From Candidatus Multivoradales bacterium (GTDB taxonomy: Bacteria; Acidobacteriota; Thermoanaerobaculia; Multivoradales; JAHEKO01): a stretch of DNA of 64,000 nucleotides. Below, piece after piece: positions 1 to 9,515 of this stretch. The notes under the pieces are model-generated. The model was not told where the DNA came from. It worked only from the letters and a program-made list of their open reading frames with translations, and did no database searches. The DNA lies in assembly GCA_965248055.1 (NCBI GenBank), contig CBDFIJ010000004.1, positions 988,299-1,052,298 of the forward strand. Direction: 5' to 3'. Both the position numbers and the translations under genes were made by a program. Position 1 is the first letter of the stretch, and the number at the start of each line of letters is the position of its first letter.

Positions 1-625
1 CAGCGCTCAAAGAGACGTTGGCAAGATAGAAGTCGAGCATCAATTTCTCGGTGTCCGACCCGACGTAGGTACCTTTGGGCCGACTGTAGAACAGATGCGG
101 CGCCCCAGTATCAAACGCTTCCCCGTCACTTCCCTCGCTCACCACCACCTCGGTCAATACCGCTGCGGTCGGCTCTTTGACGCTCTCATGGTACGACCGT
201 GAGAGAAACGCCAACACGGTGTGTCGGCCCGGTGCAAGATCGATCTCGGCTTGATCAGTGTAGTGCGCCGAGTAGGGGCCGTTATCGACGATCAAGTGGA
301 TGTGCTGCCCTTTCCCAGAATTGGCCAAGCCGTTGGACCCGGCGTCAGCGGTCTGGGTGCCGAGTTCGTAGCCCGCGACGGCGAAGTCGAAGGTACCGTT
401 CGCGGGGTCAAAGTCATTCAAAGTCAACGTGACACCCGGGTAATCGGGTGACCCTGACAAAGGACTCAGCCTGATGGACGACACTGGGACGGAAGACGCA
501 ACGGCAGCGGTCTCAGTAGAAGCCGCAGTCGATGCCTCTTCGCCTGCTTGGTCGGCTGGCGCGCAACCCATGCCCACCGCCAACAGGGTCATCCATGCAA
601 GATTCCAAGAGTGGTGCTTTTTCAT
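1..625 (-). CDS. putative secreted lipoprotein (partial; C-terminus lies beyond the window start)
   Basis: Hand-translated reverse strand: ATG (625..623) then MKKHHSWNLAWMTLLAVGMGCAPADQAGEE..., i.e. a signal peptide followed by Cys (lipobox-like). The frame stays open to position 1. It is absent from the ORF track because no stop codon falls inside the window. Confidence 0.5.
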   Translation of the reverse strand, partial: MKKHHSWNLAWMTLLAVGMGCAPADQAGEEASTAASTETAAVASSVPVSSIRLSPLSGSPDYPGVTLTLNDFDPANGTFDFAVAGYELGTQTADAGSNGLANSGKGQHIHLIVDNGPYSAHYTDQAEIDLAPGRHTVLAFLSRSYHESVKEPTAAVLTEVVVSEGSDGEAFDTGAPHLFYSRPKGTYVGSDTEKLMLDFYLANVSLSA

Positions 626-695
626 CGTCGTCTCCCTGTCGATTCCAGTTCTGACCTGTTGAGGCAATTCGCCGATGTTGACAAACGCTCTGCAG

Positions 696-2225
696 CTAGC
701 CGCTGTCCTGACCGCCGCTACTTTCGGCGGCACCGATCGGTTCCGCTTGGCGCAATGTGGCAACGCCGGCTAGCACCTTATCGCAGGACTCAGACGATAG
801 TCGCAGTGCTCCAGGGCGATTGTCCGCAGTGGCCAAACAGCCTTGCTCTGGCGGCGTCACAGAGTACAGTTCTAAGACCCGTTCCTGGTTCTCGGTGGTC
901 AAAGTCACCGCCAAGCTGGGGTCGTCGGACAAGGAGGCCTCGATTTTCTCAAATGAATCTGCCCGGGCCTCGGACATCGCGTAAAGAACCTCGGTCGCTG
1001 CGGAGAAACTGATCGGCTCGCCGTCCCGCTGCCAATCTCCAGCGACCTTTGCAAGTTGAATCTCACCGTCAGCATCGACTAGCACCGCACCATCAACGTC
1101 GTAACCTTGAACCGGGGACCAGGTGGGAGATCGCCACTCGCCCGCGGCACGCGTCGCTGCTTTATACAAAGCAGTAGTATCGAGACGCACCCGCTCTCCG
1201 TCAACCACTGCCTGACTACCAGTCTGATTGGCAGTCTGATTGGCACCACCCCAGCTGACACTCCAGGTCTCGCCGTTTTCCAACTCCACCAATAAGCTGG
1301 TGCTGCTGGCTCCAGTCAGTGCTTCGGCTCCAGTCAGTGCTTCGGCTCCAGTCAGTGCTTCGGCTCCAGTCAGTGCTTCGCTGTCGCCAGAAGTCAACGG
1401 CTCTGGGGCCCCACCTGGCGAATCGTCGAGATAAGCCTCTGCGCGCAGACCCACAATGGTGGCGAGCAAGGAATCCACCAAACTGCGGTCCGCAAGGTCG
1501 TCCACTGGTGCCGTGAGGCGAAACCCCGTAGCTGTGTCCCTTTCCAGCGTCACAGTATTTTCTGAAGTCACAGGGTCTTCCAGGGCCACAGTGTCTTCCT
1601 GTGTCAACCGGTCGCCACCCGAGAAAGAAACCCGTTGGATCTGGCCTCGGGCCTGCCAAAACAAGCGCTTGCTACGCCACTCAATCGGCTCACTTTCCAG
1701 TTGATCGAGCCAGGTGTCCGGCACCAGATCGACCGCTGCATCGCCCAGGGATATCGCCACTTGCTCCAATCCCGGCAGACGATCACCCACCGCCAGGTCA
1801 TAAGACCCTTCGTCGGTTGCAAGCTGGAGTCGCCACTGGGGATCTCCCAGTCCGTAGTCGGTCAGATCAACGTCATCCAAATGGCGACTGCGATCTAGAT
1901 CGGCCAACGATTGCACAATGCGAGAGATCTTTGCCTCATCGGCGTGGGCTTTGATCGGTTGGCGTAGCCACCAACGCGCTTCATCGACCGGGTCGCCATC
2001 TTGATCCTCACTTTCATGAACATCAGTCGGTTCTCGCTCCAAGACTATTTCGCTGTCGCCTGAACTCAATACCAGACGCTGGACCCGGTCGGCCTCAATT
2101 TGAAAGATCCGATCCGCGCGCTCTCGACGCTGTGTGCTGCCGGGGCGATCGCGATCGACAAACCAAGCGAACAAGCCGAGCACAACCACCGCCAAAGCCA
2201 GCCAGAAAATCGATTTGGGCTTCAT
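696..2225 (-). CDS. DUF4340-like membrane-anchored protein, usual downstream partner of GldG-type ABC auxiliary proteins; contains an (EALTG)n tandem repeat
   Basis: N-terminal TM helix MKPKSIFWLALAVVVLGLFAWFV. Position immediately 3' of the GldG-like gene. Internal 15-bp x4.5 repeat at 1306-1380. Confidence 0.55.
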   Translation of the reverse strand: MKPKSIFWLALAVVVLGLFAWFVDRDRPGSTQRRERADRIFQIEADRVQRLVLSSGDSEIVLEREPTDVHESEDQDGDPVDEARWWLRQPIKAHADEAKISRIVQSLADLDRSRHLDDVDLTDYGLGDPQWRLQLATDEGSYDLAVGDRLPGLEQVAISLGDAAVDLVPDTWLDQLESEPIEWRSKRLFWQARGQIQRVSFSGGDRLTQEDTVALEDPVTSENTVTLERDTATGFRLTAPVDDLADRSLVDSLLATIVGLRAEAYLDDSPGGAPEPLTSGDSEALTGAEALTGAEALTGAEALTGASSTSLLVELENGETWSVSWGGANQTANQTGSQAVVDGERVRLDTTALYKAATRAAGEWRSPTWSPVQGYDVDGAVLVDADGEIQLAKVAGDWQRDGEPISFSAATEVLYAMSEARADSFEKIEASLSDDPSLAVTLTTENQERVLELYSVTPPEQGCLATADNRPGALRLSSESCDKVLAGVATLRQAEPIGAAESSGGQDSG

Positions 2226-2259
2226 TGCAACCTTGCCACGACCGAGTTTGGTACAACGT

Positions 2260-3816
2260 CTAGCGGCGACGACGCCGATAGACCGCGAATCCCGCCACCA
2301 AGACCGTCAAGGGGACTAATACAACGGTCAACCAACGAGCTCCCGCCATCTGATTCTGGGTCAGGTTGAGCCGGGTCTGCTCTGGAGTGCGCGGAGGAAT
2401 TGCCACCGCCGCGTCTCGCTCTGCCAGCCAATTGACCAGATTGGAGAACAGAAAGGCGTTTCCGGAGTTGCCGATCTGATTGTCGGTGGCAAACTCCGAA
2501 TCGCCGATCACCACCATGCGCAAGGAATCTGTCCGATCAACGGCATCTGCAGTCGATTCCGCTGTGGAATCGGACAACTCTCCGGGAGCATCAAAACTCT
2601 CACCCCCGGCAGCCAGTTCCGATTCAGATTCCACCTCGACCGCGATCGCCAAGGCCACTGGCCCGAGACGATCCGACTCATCTCGCTGCACTTGGTCCAA
2701 GTGCTCCAAGTCGCGTTCTCCCCAACCATCGTCAGTGGTTTGAATCAAAGTCTCGGAGCGCAGACCTTCAACTTCGGTCGCCGCCACCGACTGCGCCAGC
2801 GGCAAGATCACGTTCAATGAAGCCTCTTCCAAAGTCCGGGTTGCCGGGTGGTCGCCAAAATTTCCGGCGAACAACGTCTCAGCACCAAAAAACGGTACCG
2901 CTCCCGACGGGTCGACCACGATGTCGGCACCCAGTTCGACGCCGTTGGCCGCCAGAACTTGCTCCAATCCGGTCGTCGCCGCTCCACCCAAAGGAGAAAA
3001 CTGTGGGTCGATCATCGCCAATAGTCGTCCCCCGGAGTCTAGGTAGCTAGCAATGGCGTCCGCCTCTGGCGGCGTGAATGGGATCTTGGGCCCCGCGACC
3101 ACCAGCAGTTCGGTTCCTGATGGTACCGAAGGATCGGCCAGCGATTCCCAGGCAACGACCTCAAAGTTGTCGCGCTCCAGTAGCGTCTTGACCGCGGTGA
3201 GCCCGGCACCACTGGGGTCATCGACATCGGCCTCGCCATGACCGCGGGTCAGCGCAACCACGCGACGACGGCCTTCCGCCAAACCCAAGATCGCCGCGGT
3301 GAATTCTTGCTCTCCCTTGAATCCCTTGATCGTCGGCCCCTCGCCGAATTGCATCCCGGAATAGTCGTATTCGATCAGGTCGTCGGTTTCCACCATGCGC
3401 TGAGCTTCGCCACTGTCGAAGATCACCACATTGACCGCACCCTGCTGCATCAGCTCCTGAGCCCGAGCCAGGTCGCGTGCCGGATCGACATCGACCACGC
3501 TGATTCGCGACGAGGCCGCCTCATAGCGGCTGAGCAACTCTTTGGCCTGTTGATAGCCAGCGGCTTCAGGATCGACAAACATCGTCACCGCAATGTCCTG
3601 ATCGAGCTCAGCAAGGATGTTCTCGCTCTTCTCCGACAACGAATAGAGACTGCTTTGGGTCCAATCCCAGCGCGCGAAGTACTTCCACCCAAAGTAATTC
3701 ACCAGTAGACACAGTGCCACGGCCAACAGAGCGGCGACCCCCAGGGTCGACTGACGCGTCAAAGTGCGTGTTCGTTGACTGTCGCTCACGTTAGATCCAT
3801 CGCCTACTAGTTCCAC
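2260..3816 (-). CDS. GldG-like ABC transporter auxiliary component
   Basis: 518 aa. N- and C-terminal TM segments. Resembles the GldG/ABC-type uncharacterised transport system auxiliary protein. Overlaps the permease stop by 10 bp. Confidence 0.65.
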   Translation of the reverse strand: MELVGDGSNVSDSQRTRTLTRQSTLGVAALLAVALCLLVNYFGWKYFARWDWTQSSLYSLSEKSENILAELDQDIAVTMFVDPEAAGYQQAKELLSRYEAASSRISVVDVDPARDLARAQELMQQGAVNVVIFDSGEAQRMVETDDLIEYDYSGMQFGEGPTIKGFKGEQEFTAAILGLAEGRRRVVALTRGHGEADVDDPSGAGLTAVKTLLERDNFEVVAWESLADPSVPSGTELLVVAGPKIPFTPPEADAIASYLDSGGRLLAMIDPQFSPLGGAATTGLEQVLAANGVELGADIVVDPSGAVPFFGAETLFAGNFGDHPATRTLEEASLNVILPLAQSVAATEVEGLRSETLIQTTDDGWGERDLEHLDQVQRDESDRLGPVALAIAVEVESESELAAGGESFDAPGELSDSTAESTADAVDRTDSLRMVVIGDSEFATDNQIGNSGNAFLFSNLVNWLAERDAAVAIPPRTPEQTRLNLTQNQMAGARWLTVVLVPLTVLVAGFAVYRRRRR

Positions 3817-4550
3817 TTCTTACTTTCCAAGACCCGTGCGGCCAAAAACACGAACAGAGCACTGGTGGTCACCAGGAATACCAACCGACGAGAATCGACA
3901 ATGCCGCGGGCAAACTCATCCATGTGGACCCACAAGTTGGCGTAGGACAAGCTCTCCTTGAGCAGCGGCGCCTGCACCAGATTCTCCAGCAAAGCCGCAG
4001 CGAATATTCCGATCAAGATGGCGAAGGCGATCACCGCCGCCACGATCTGACTGCGAGCCCAGGCTGAAGCGAAGATCCCGACCGCCAAGAACAAGGCACC
4101 GATTAGAAATACTCCCAGGTAACCCGACGCCACCGGGCCCCAGTCGACTTCGCTATAGAGGTCCAAGATCAACGGATAGGCGATGGTCGGCGCCCAAACA
4201 AAGCAATAAAAGGTAAGCGCGGCCAAGTACTTGCCCAGCACCACCTGACCCTCGGTCACCGGTGCCGTCATCAATACCTCCAGGGTTCCCTGACGCCGTT
4301 CTTCGGCGACCAATTTCATGGTCAACACCGGGGCCAAGAACAGCAACACCAACCAGAACAGAAAGGTGCCGCCAAAGAACAACTGCAACGGGGCTACTTC
4401 TCCACCGCTACGCGGGTCGTTCAAGAAGGCTAAGAGAATCCAAAATACAAAACCGTTGACCAGCAGCACCATCGCCGCCACAACCCAGCCCAGCGGCGAA
4501 TAGAAAAACGCCTTCAACTCGCGAAGGTACGTAGCCAGGAACGCCCTCAT
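3807..4550 (-). CDS. ABC-2 family transporter permease (GldF-like)
   Basis: Multi-TM protein with MRAFLATYLRELKAFFYSPLGWVV... The start is chosen at the ATG that overlaps the ATPase stop (ATGA). The longer ORF-track start at 4754 would overlap the upstream gene by 200 bp. Confidence 0.7.
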   Translation of the reverse strand: MRAFLATYLRELKAFFYSPLGWVVAAMVLLVNGFVFWILLAFLNDPRSGGEVAPLQLFFGGTFLFWLVLLFLAPVLTMKLVAEERRQGTLEVLMTAPVTEGQVVLGKYLAALTFYCFVWAPTIAYPLILDLYSEVDWGPVASGYLGVFLIGALFLAVGIFASAWARSQIVAAVIAFAILIGIFAAALLENLVQAPLLKESLSYANLWVHMDEFARGIVDSRRLVFLVTTSALFVFLAARVLESKKWN

Positions 4551-5620
4551 GAGACTGGATCCTGGTCGATCCGCTCTTCTTTCACTGCTGCCTCTTCGTC
4601 TCCGGATTCTGCGACAGCGCCTTCTGCAGCAGCGGCTTCGTCCACGGCGCTCTCGATATTCGGCGGTCCGTTCTCCAGCCCATCGCGAGTGGTCAAGCGG
4701 ACAAAGATGTCCTCCAACGAAGCCTGTTCTCGGGTCATCTCCAAGATCGTCCACCCCTTGGCAACCGCCAAACTAAAAACCTCCGCTCGCAAGTCTTGAT
4801 CTCCGGCAACCGCCAGCCGAAGCCGGAGATCTCCTGACTCCTGGCTCCGATCGCCGGTCACTACCGCCGCATCGACTCCATCAAGTTGTTGCAGAGAGTC
4901 AAGCGCGGACTCCGGTCTACCGAGTAACTCGAGCCGTAGGCCACTGGGGCCACTCCACTCGCGGCGCAGATTCTCGGGAGTGCCTTCGGCCACGATCTTT
5001 CCGCGATCGATAATCAGCACTCGCGAGCACAGCAACTCGACCTCGGGCAAAATATGCGTCGAAAGCAGAATCGTATGCTTGCGACCCAGCTCGCGAATCC
5101 GTTCGCGAATGGCAACGATCTGTTTCGGATCCAAACCCACCGTTGGTTCGTCCAACACCAGCACGTCGGGGCGATGCAAAATCGCCGCGGCCAAACCAAT
5201 TCGCTGCCGGTAGCCCTTGGAAAGAGTGCCGACAATCTGTCGCCGGACATCGGTGATCAAACACGCGTCCATCGCCTCAGCGACTGTGCTACCGATCTCG
5301 CCCCGTGCCATTCCAACCAACTGCGCTCGATAGTTCAGATACTCCTCGACCCTCATCTCCGGGTAGACGGAAACATTCTCCGGTAGGTAGCCGATTTGCT
5401 GGCGCGCTTTGGCCGGCTCGTCGAACAGGTCGACGCCACTGACCGAGACCTGCCCGCCGCTCGGAGGTAGAAAGCCAGTGACCATCCGAATGGTGGTGGT
5501 TTTGCCCGCCCCGTTGGGTCCTAAGATACCGACGATCTCCCCTTCGTTGACGGTGAAAGACACGCCATCAACGGCAGTGAAGTCGCCGTAGCTACGCGAA
5601 AGATTGGTTGCTTCAATCAT
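4547..5620 (-). CDS. ABC transporter ATP-binding protein (GldA-like) with acidic C-terminal tail
   Basis: Walker A GPNGAGKTT. Signature LSKGYRQR. Walker B VLVLDEPT. Confidence 0.85.
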   Translation of the reverse strand: MIEATNLSRSYGDFTAVDGVSFTVNEGEIVGILGPNGAGKTTTIRMVTGFLPPSGGQVSVSGVDLFDEPAKARQQIGYLPENVSVYPEMRVEEYLNYRAQLVGMARGEIGSTVAEAMDACLITDVRRQIVGTLSKGYRQRIGLAAAILHRPDVLVLDEPTVGLDPKQIVAIRERIRELGRKHTILLSTHILPEVELLCSRVLIIDRGKIVAEGTPENLRREWSGPSGLRLELLGRPESALDSLQQLDGVDAAVVTGDRSQESGDLRLRLAVAGDQDLRAEVFSLAVAKGWTILEMTREQASLEDIFVRLTTRDGLENGPPNIESAVDEAAAAEGAVAESGDEEAAVKEERIDQDPVS

Positions 5621-5808
5621 GGATGATACTTAACAGAACCAGAGTCCGTCCGGATATGCGCGAGTCTAGTCTTCAACCCCAACGCCACGGACCGGCTCCT
5701 GCTGACGGTGCATTCTAAGCAAACCTCAATCCAGCACCAAGTGGGGACCCTCGGCGACCGCGCTGCCCTTCTACTGACACTGCTACTAAGACTCTGAGAG
5801 TCAACGAG

Positions 5809-7434
5809 TTAAGCTAACTTCAACCAGTGCTTTGCCCGCCGTACTGCGTCGGTACTGCCGCAGATATAGACATCGTCGTTTGCAGCAAAGACAAAGGATG
5901 GCGCCAGATCGGCATGGACTTGGCCAGCGCGTTCGACCGCGACAACTGTGGTCCCAGTGTTTTCCCGCACTCCAGCTTGCTCCAAACTACGGCCAGCAAG
6001 CCGTACCGCCGAGAGACATAGAACCTTGAAACGCGGGTCGAGTGCGATCGCTTCTTCCTCGACCAGATGAGCCGCCAAAATACGTCCGGCGACTTGGTCC
6101 AAGGACACCGCATAGCTGGCTCCGGCGCGATGAATATTGTCCAAATTCCCAGCATCATTGACCCGCACCACCAGCGGCACGGAAGGCGCCAGGTCATGCA
6201 CCACCAAGGTGGCAAACAGGGTGGCAGCGTCAGAGTCCAGAGCCAGAAGCACGGAACCTGCGTTGCGTACATCCGCCTGCACCAAGGTCTCGGGGTCGCG
6301 AAAATCAGCGACCAGATCGACCCCCGGATCTGCCCGGCGATCAATCACATAGACCTCTTCTCCCGCCTCGCGCAGAAGCTCGGTCGCCCTGCGTCCGACC
6401 TCGCCATAACCGCCGACCACGTGCCGTGAGCCGCGCTCTGCAGCGCTACCGATCGCCTCAACCCGCATGCGCTCGATCGCCTCTCTGCTGCCGGCCACCA
6501 CCAGAGTCCCCTCGGGCTCAATAACCGTGGCGCCGGACAAGTCGGTGACTAGGTCCCCACCAACCCACTGTGCAACCACCGAGACTCCCCAGTTCTTGCC
6601 CAGCTTGGCGTCGTCCAATCTGCGCCCCGCGAGCGGACTACTCTCGACCATGCGCACCGACTCAAGCCGCAGCTTGCGGCCGTAGGAAAAGACGCCGGCG
6701 GTCGAAGCCACCTTGGGGCAAACTCGGTGCGCCAACGCCGCACCCAATTCGTACTTGGGGGTGACCACTTCGGACGCCCCAGCCAACTGAATGGCTCGGC
6801 GATGGGTCAATTCTGTCGCCACGGCGACGATGGTCCCAGTGAAGCCGCTCTGCCGCGCCGCCACCGATACCGCGGCATTTTCGTCGTCGCTACCGTTAGC
6901 GATCAACGCCGCCGCGGTTTCCAGGCTGGCTCCGGCCAATGACTCGTCGGTGATACCACCCAAAATCACCGGAACTCCGCTCAAGGCGGTGGCCCGCGCT
7001 GAGGAGATGTAGGGCTCCAACACCACCACCGATCGCTTGTCGCGCATTAAATCCTGGACCAGCCCGGCAACCGCGGCGCCATAGCGATAAATCACGATGT
7101 GGTCTTGGAGCCCTCCCATCTTGCGCGGAATCCGCGCTTCGAAGCGCTCCTCCATCAGCGGAATGAGATAGATCGGGAAGATCAAGAAGACCAGGAATAC
7201 CCCGAGAAACTGAGTCAGGGTGACAAACACCACCATCGCCGGGTGATGCCACGAATGGTCCGCGCCATAGCCGGTGGTGGTGACGGTTTCTGCCGCCCAA
7301 GAGAGCGCCGCCCAAAACGACCGGGGCGATCCTTCCAACCAACGCATTCCAGCCGCGTAGAGTAACGCCAAGACCACCAGCGCTGCTGCCAATGCGGCGA
7401 CCAACCATAAGAGTCTTTTCCATGCGCGCGACAC
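5809..7434 (-). CDS. potassium channel with tandem RCK/TrkA-type cytoplasmic domains
   Basis: Selectivity filter TVTTTGYGAD. N-terminal TM helices. Two Rossmann-like RCK regions (VIDRRADPG..., VVVLEPYIS...). Confidence 0.8.
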   Translation of the reverse strand: MSRAWKRLLWLVAALAAALVVLALLYAAGMRWLEGSPRSFWAALSWAAETVTTTGYGADHSWHHPAMVVFVTLTQFLGVFLVFLIFPIYLIPLMEERFEARIPRKMGGLQDHIVIYRYGAAVAGLVQDLMRDKRSVVVLEPYISSARATALSGVPVILGGITDESLAGASLETAAALIANGSDDENAAVSVAARQSGFTGTIVAVATELTHRRAIQLAGASEVVTPKYELGAALAHRVCPKVASTAGVFSYGRKLRLESVRMVESSPLAGRRLDDAKLGKNWGVSVVAQWVGGDLVTDLSGATVIEPEGTLVVAGSREAIERMRVEAIGSAAERGSRHVVGGYGEVGRRATELLREAGEEVYVIDRRADPGVDLVADFRDPETLVQADVRNAGSVLLALDSDAATLFATLVVHDLAPSVPLVVRVNDAGNLDNIHRAGASYAVSLDQVAGRILAAHLVEEEAIALDPRFKVLCLSAVRLAGRSLEQAGVRENTGTTVVAVERAGQVHADLAPSFVFAANDDVYICGSTDAVRRAKHWLKLA

Positions 7435-7616
7435 CCAGGAATTCTACTCGCCATTAGCTCCCCTGACCGTACTTAGCAGACCGCAAGTTATTGCGCTCGC
7501 CGAACGATAGACTCTGGTCATGGCTTTGGAGAGTGAAGACCTCAAAGATCGATCGCCCCATGATCTCGCCACAGATCACCACATTGGCCAAGGGGTCCGA
7601 TGAAAGAAAGTGCCCG

Positions 7617-7979
7617 ATGAAAGTTCGTCTGGATAAATGGCTGCAGGTAGCTCGCGCCTTTCGCACCCGCACCAAAGCCACCGAAGCCTGCAAAAAAGGC
7701 AAGGTCCGCGTCGACGGAGCGACCGCTCGCCCGCATCAGCCGGTGGCTATCGCGCAAAAGATCGAAATCGATCAAGGTCAGGGATGGACGCGAATCTTGA
7801 AGGTGCGCCAACTCGCCAATCGCCCGCTGCCCAAGGCGCAAGCTGCCAGCCTCTTTGAGGATTTATCACCACCCCGGCCCCAAGCGGGGCCAAGCTTCGG
7901 CGTCTTCCGGGATCGCGGACTAGGTCGTCCCACGGGTCGAGATCGCCGCATTCTGGAACGCTTTCGTCGCGGTGAGTAG
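7617..7979 (+). CDS. S4-domain RNA-binding protein (Hsp15-like)
   Basis: MKVRLDKWLQVARAFRTRTKATEACKKGKVRVDG... is a typical S4 fold. Start moved to the internal ATG at 7617. The ORF-track TTG at 7491 adds a non-conserved leader. Confidence 0.6.
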   Translation: MKVRLDKWLQVARAFRTRTKATEACKKGKVRVDGATARPHQPVAIAQKIEIDQGQGWTRILKVRQLANRPLPKAQAASLFEDLSPPRPQAGPSFGVFRDRGLGRPTGRDRRILERFRRGE

Positions 7980-8012
7980 CGGTCCTCTAAGTTATTAGGA
8001 ATCTTTAGAATC

Positions 8013-9512
8013 ATGGCGCTCAAAGAGATCTACGGTCAGTCTTTGTCCCTACTGACCGACTTGTACCAATTGACCATGGCCTACGGCTATTGGAAGGCGG
8101 GCGTCGCTGAGCGCGAAAGTGTCTTTCAAATGGTGTTTCGCGCCAATCCGTTTCAAGGCGGCTACGCGGTCGCCGCAGGACTCGGGCCAGCCCTTGAGTT
8201 TCTGGACGGATTTGGCTTTAGTCCCAGCGACCTCGACTACCTAGCTGGGCTTCTTGGTAACGATGGTCAGCCATTGTTTGAACAGGACTTTCTCCGCTAC
8301 CTCGAAGACATGAAACTCGAAGTTCAGGTAGACGGGGTGCGCGAGGGCGACGTGGTGTTTGCCCACGAACCGATGTTGCGGGTGCAAGGACCGATCGCTC
8401 AGTGCCAGATTCTTGAAACACCGCTTCTCAACCTACTCAATTTTCACACCTTAGTCGCCACCAAAGCCGCCCGCGTTTGTTCCGCGGCTGCGGGTCAACC
8501 GGTGATGGAGTTCGGATTGCGGCGCTCCCAAGGAGTCGACGGTGCCCTGACCGTAGCTCGTGCCGCTTACATTGGCGGCTGTTCCGGCACTTCCAACTTG
8601 CTCGCCGGCAAATTGTTCGGCATCCCGGTGCTTGGCACCCACGCACACAGTTGGGTGATGTTTTTTGAAGACGAGAGCGTCGCCTTCCAAGAATACGCAG
8701 CGGCCATGCCCAACAATTGCGTATTCTTGGTCGACACCTACGACACCCTGCGTGGAATCGACCGGGCGATTGAAGTCGGCGAATCGCTGCGCCAACGTGG
8801 TCATCGACTGGCAGGCATTCGTCTGGATTCTGGAGACCTCGCCCATCTTTCGATCGTTGCCCGCCACAAGCTTGACCAGGCTGGATTTGAAGATGCTGCG
8901 ATCGTCGCCTCCAACGATCTGGACGAACACATCATCACCAGCCTTAAGGACCAAGGTGCGGCGATCGGCCTTTGGGGGGTGGGCACTCGGTTGGCGACCG
9001 CCTACGACCAGCCAGCGCTGGGGGGCGTTTACAAGCTGGTCGCGCTGCGCAATCCGGTCGGAGATTGGGACTATCGCATCAAACTCTCCGAGCAAACGAT
9101 CAAGATCCCGACCCCCGGCGTGCTACAAGTACGTCGCTTCTATCGGAACGGGCAAATGGTCGGCGATGTCATTTTTGACTTGCACCGGGAGACACCGGCC
9201 AGTGGATCGATGTACTCGCCGACTAACCCGACGCGAAGCTGGCCGATCCCGGACCGCGACCAATATCGAGACTTGTTGGTACCGGTATTCGGCGAGGGTC
9301 GAATCTTGGATCAACCGCGCCCCTTGGACTTGGCGCGCAGCGCAGCGCAAGAAGAACTTGGTCGCCTCGACAGCCGCTCCAAGCGTCTACTCAACCCTGA
9401 GGAGTACCCAGTCGGCCTGGATCAGATCGTCAGCGAACGCAAGCTGCGGATGATCGCCGACGCGAAGATAGGACAAAATCCGAAAACAACCGTGACGCCG
9501 GTCGCCGGGTAA
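8013..9512 (+). CDS. pncB: nicotinate phosphoribosyltransferase
   Basis: Full-length similarity to the NAPRTase family: [29 protein letters not shown]. Confidence 0.85.
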   Translation: MALKEIYGQSLSLLTDLYQLTMAYGYWKAGVAERESVFQMVFRANPFQGGYAVAAGLGPALEFLDGFGFSPSDLDYLAGLLGNDGQPLFEQDFLRYLEDMKLEVQVDGVREGDVVFAHEPMLRVQGPIAQCQILETPLLNLLNFHTLVATKAARVCSAAAGQPVMEFGLRRSQGVDGALTVARAAYIGGCSGTSNLLAGKLFGIPVLGTHAHSWVMFFEDESVAFQEYAAAMPNNCVFLVDTYDTLRGIDRAIEVGESLRQRGHRLAGIRLDSGDLAHLSIVARHKLDQAGFEDAAIVASNDLDEHIITSLKDQGAAIGLWGVGTRLATAYDQPALGGVYKLVALRNPVGDWDYRIKLSEQTIKIPTPGVLQVRRFYRNGQMVGDVIFDLHRETPASGSMYSPTNPTRSWPIPDRDQYRDLLVPVFGEGRILDQPRPLDLARSAAQEELGRLDSRSKRLLNPEEYPVGLDQIVSERKLRMIADAKIGQNPKTTVTPVAG

Positions 9513-9515
9513 ATC

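Noticed and set aside
5820-7423. Several 100-175-aa alternative-frame ORFs inside the K+ channel gene
   Set aside because: They are nested within a gene carrying the TTTGYGD selectivity filter and RCK domains. They are Arg/Pro/Trp-rich spurious frames.
8665-9453. 262-aa +2-frame ORF inside pncB
   Set aside because: It overlaps the well-supported NAPRTase frame. Composition is typical of an off-frame GC-rich translation.
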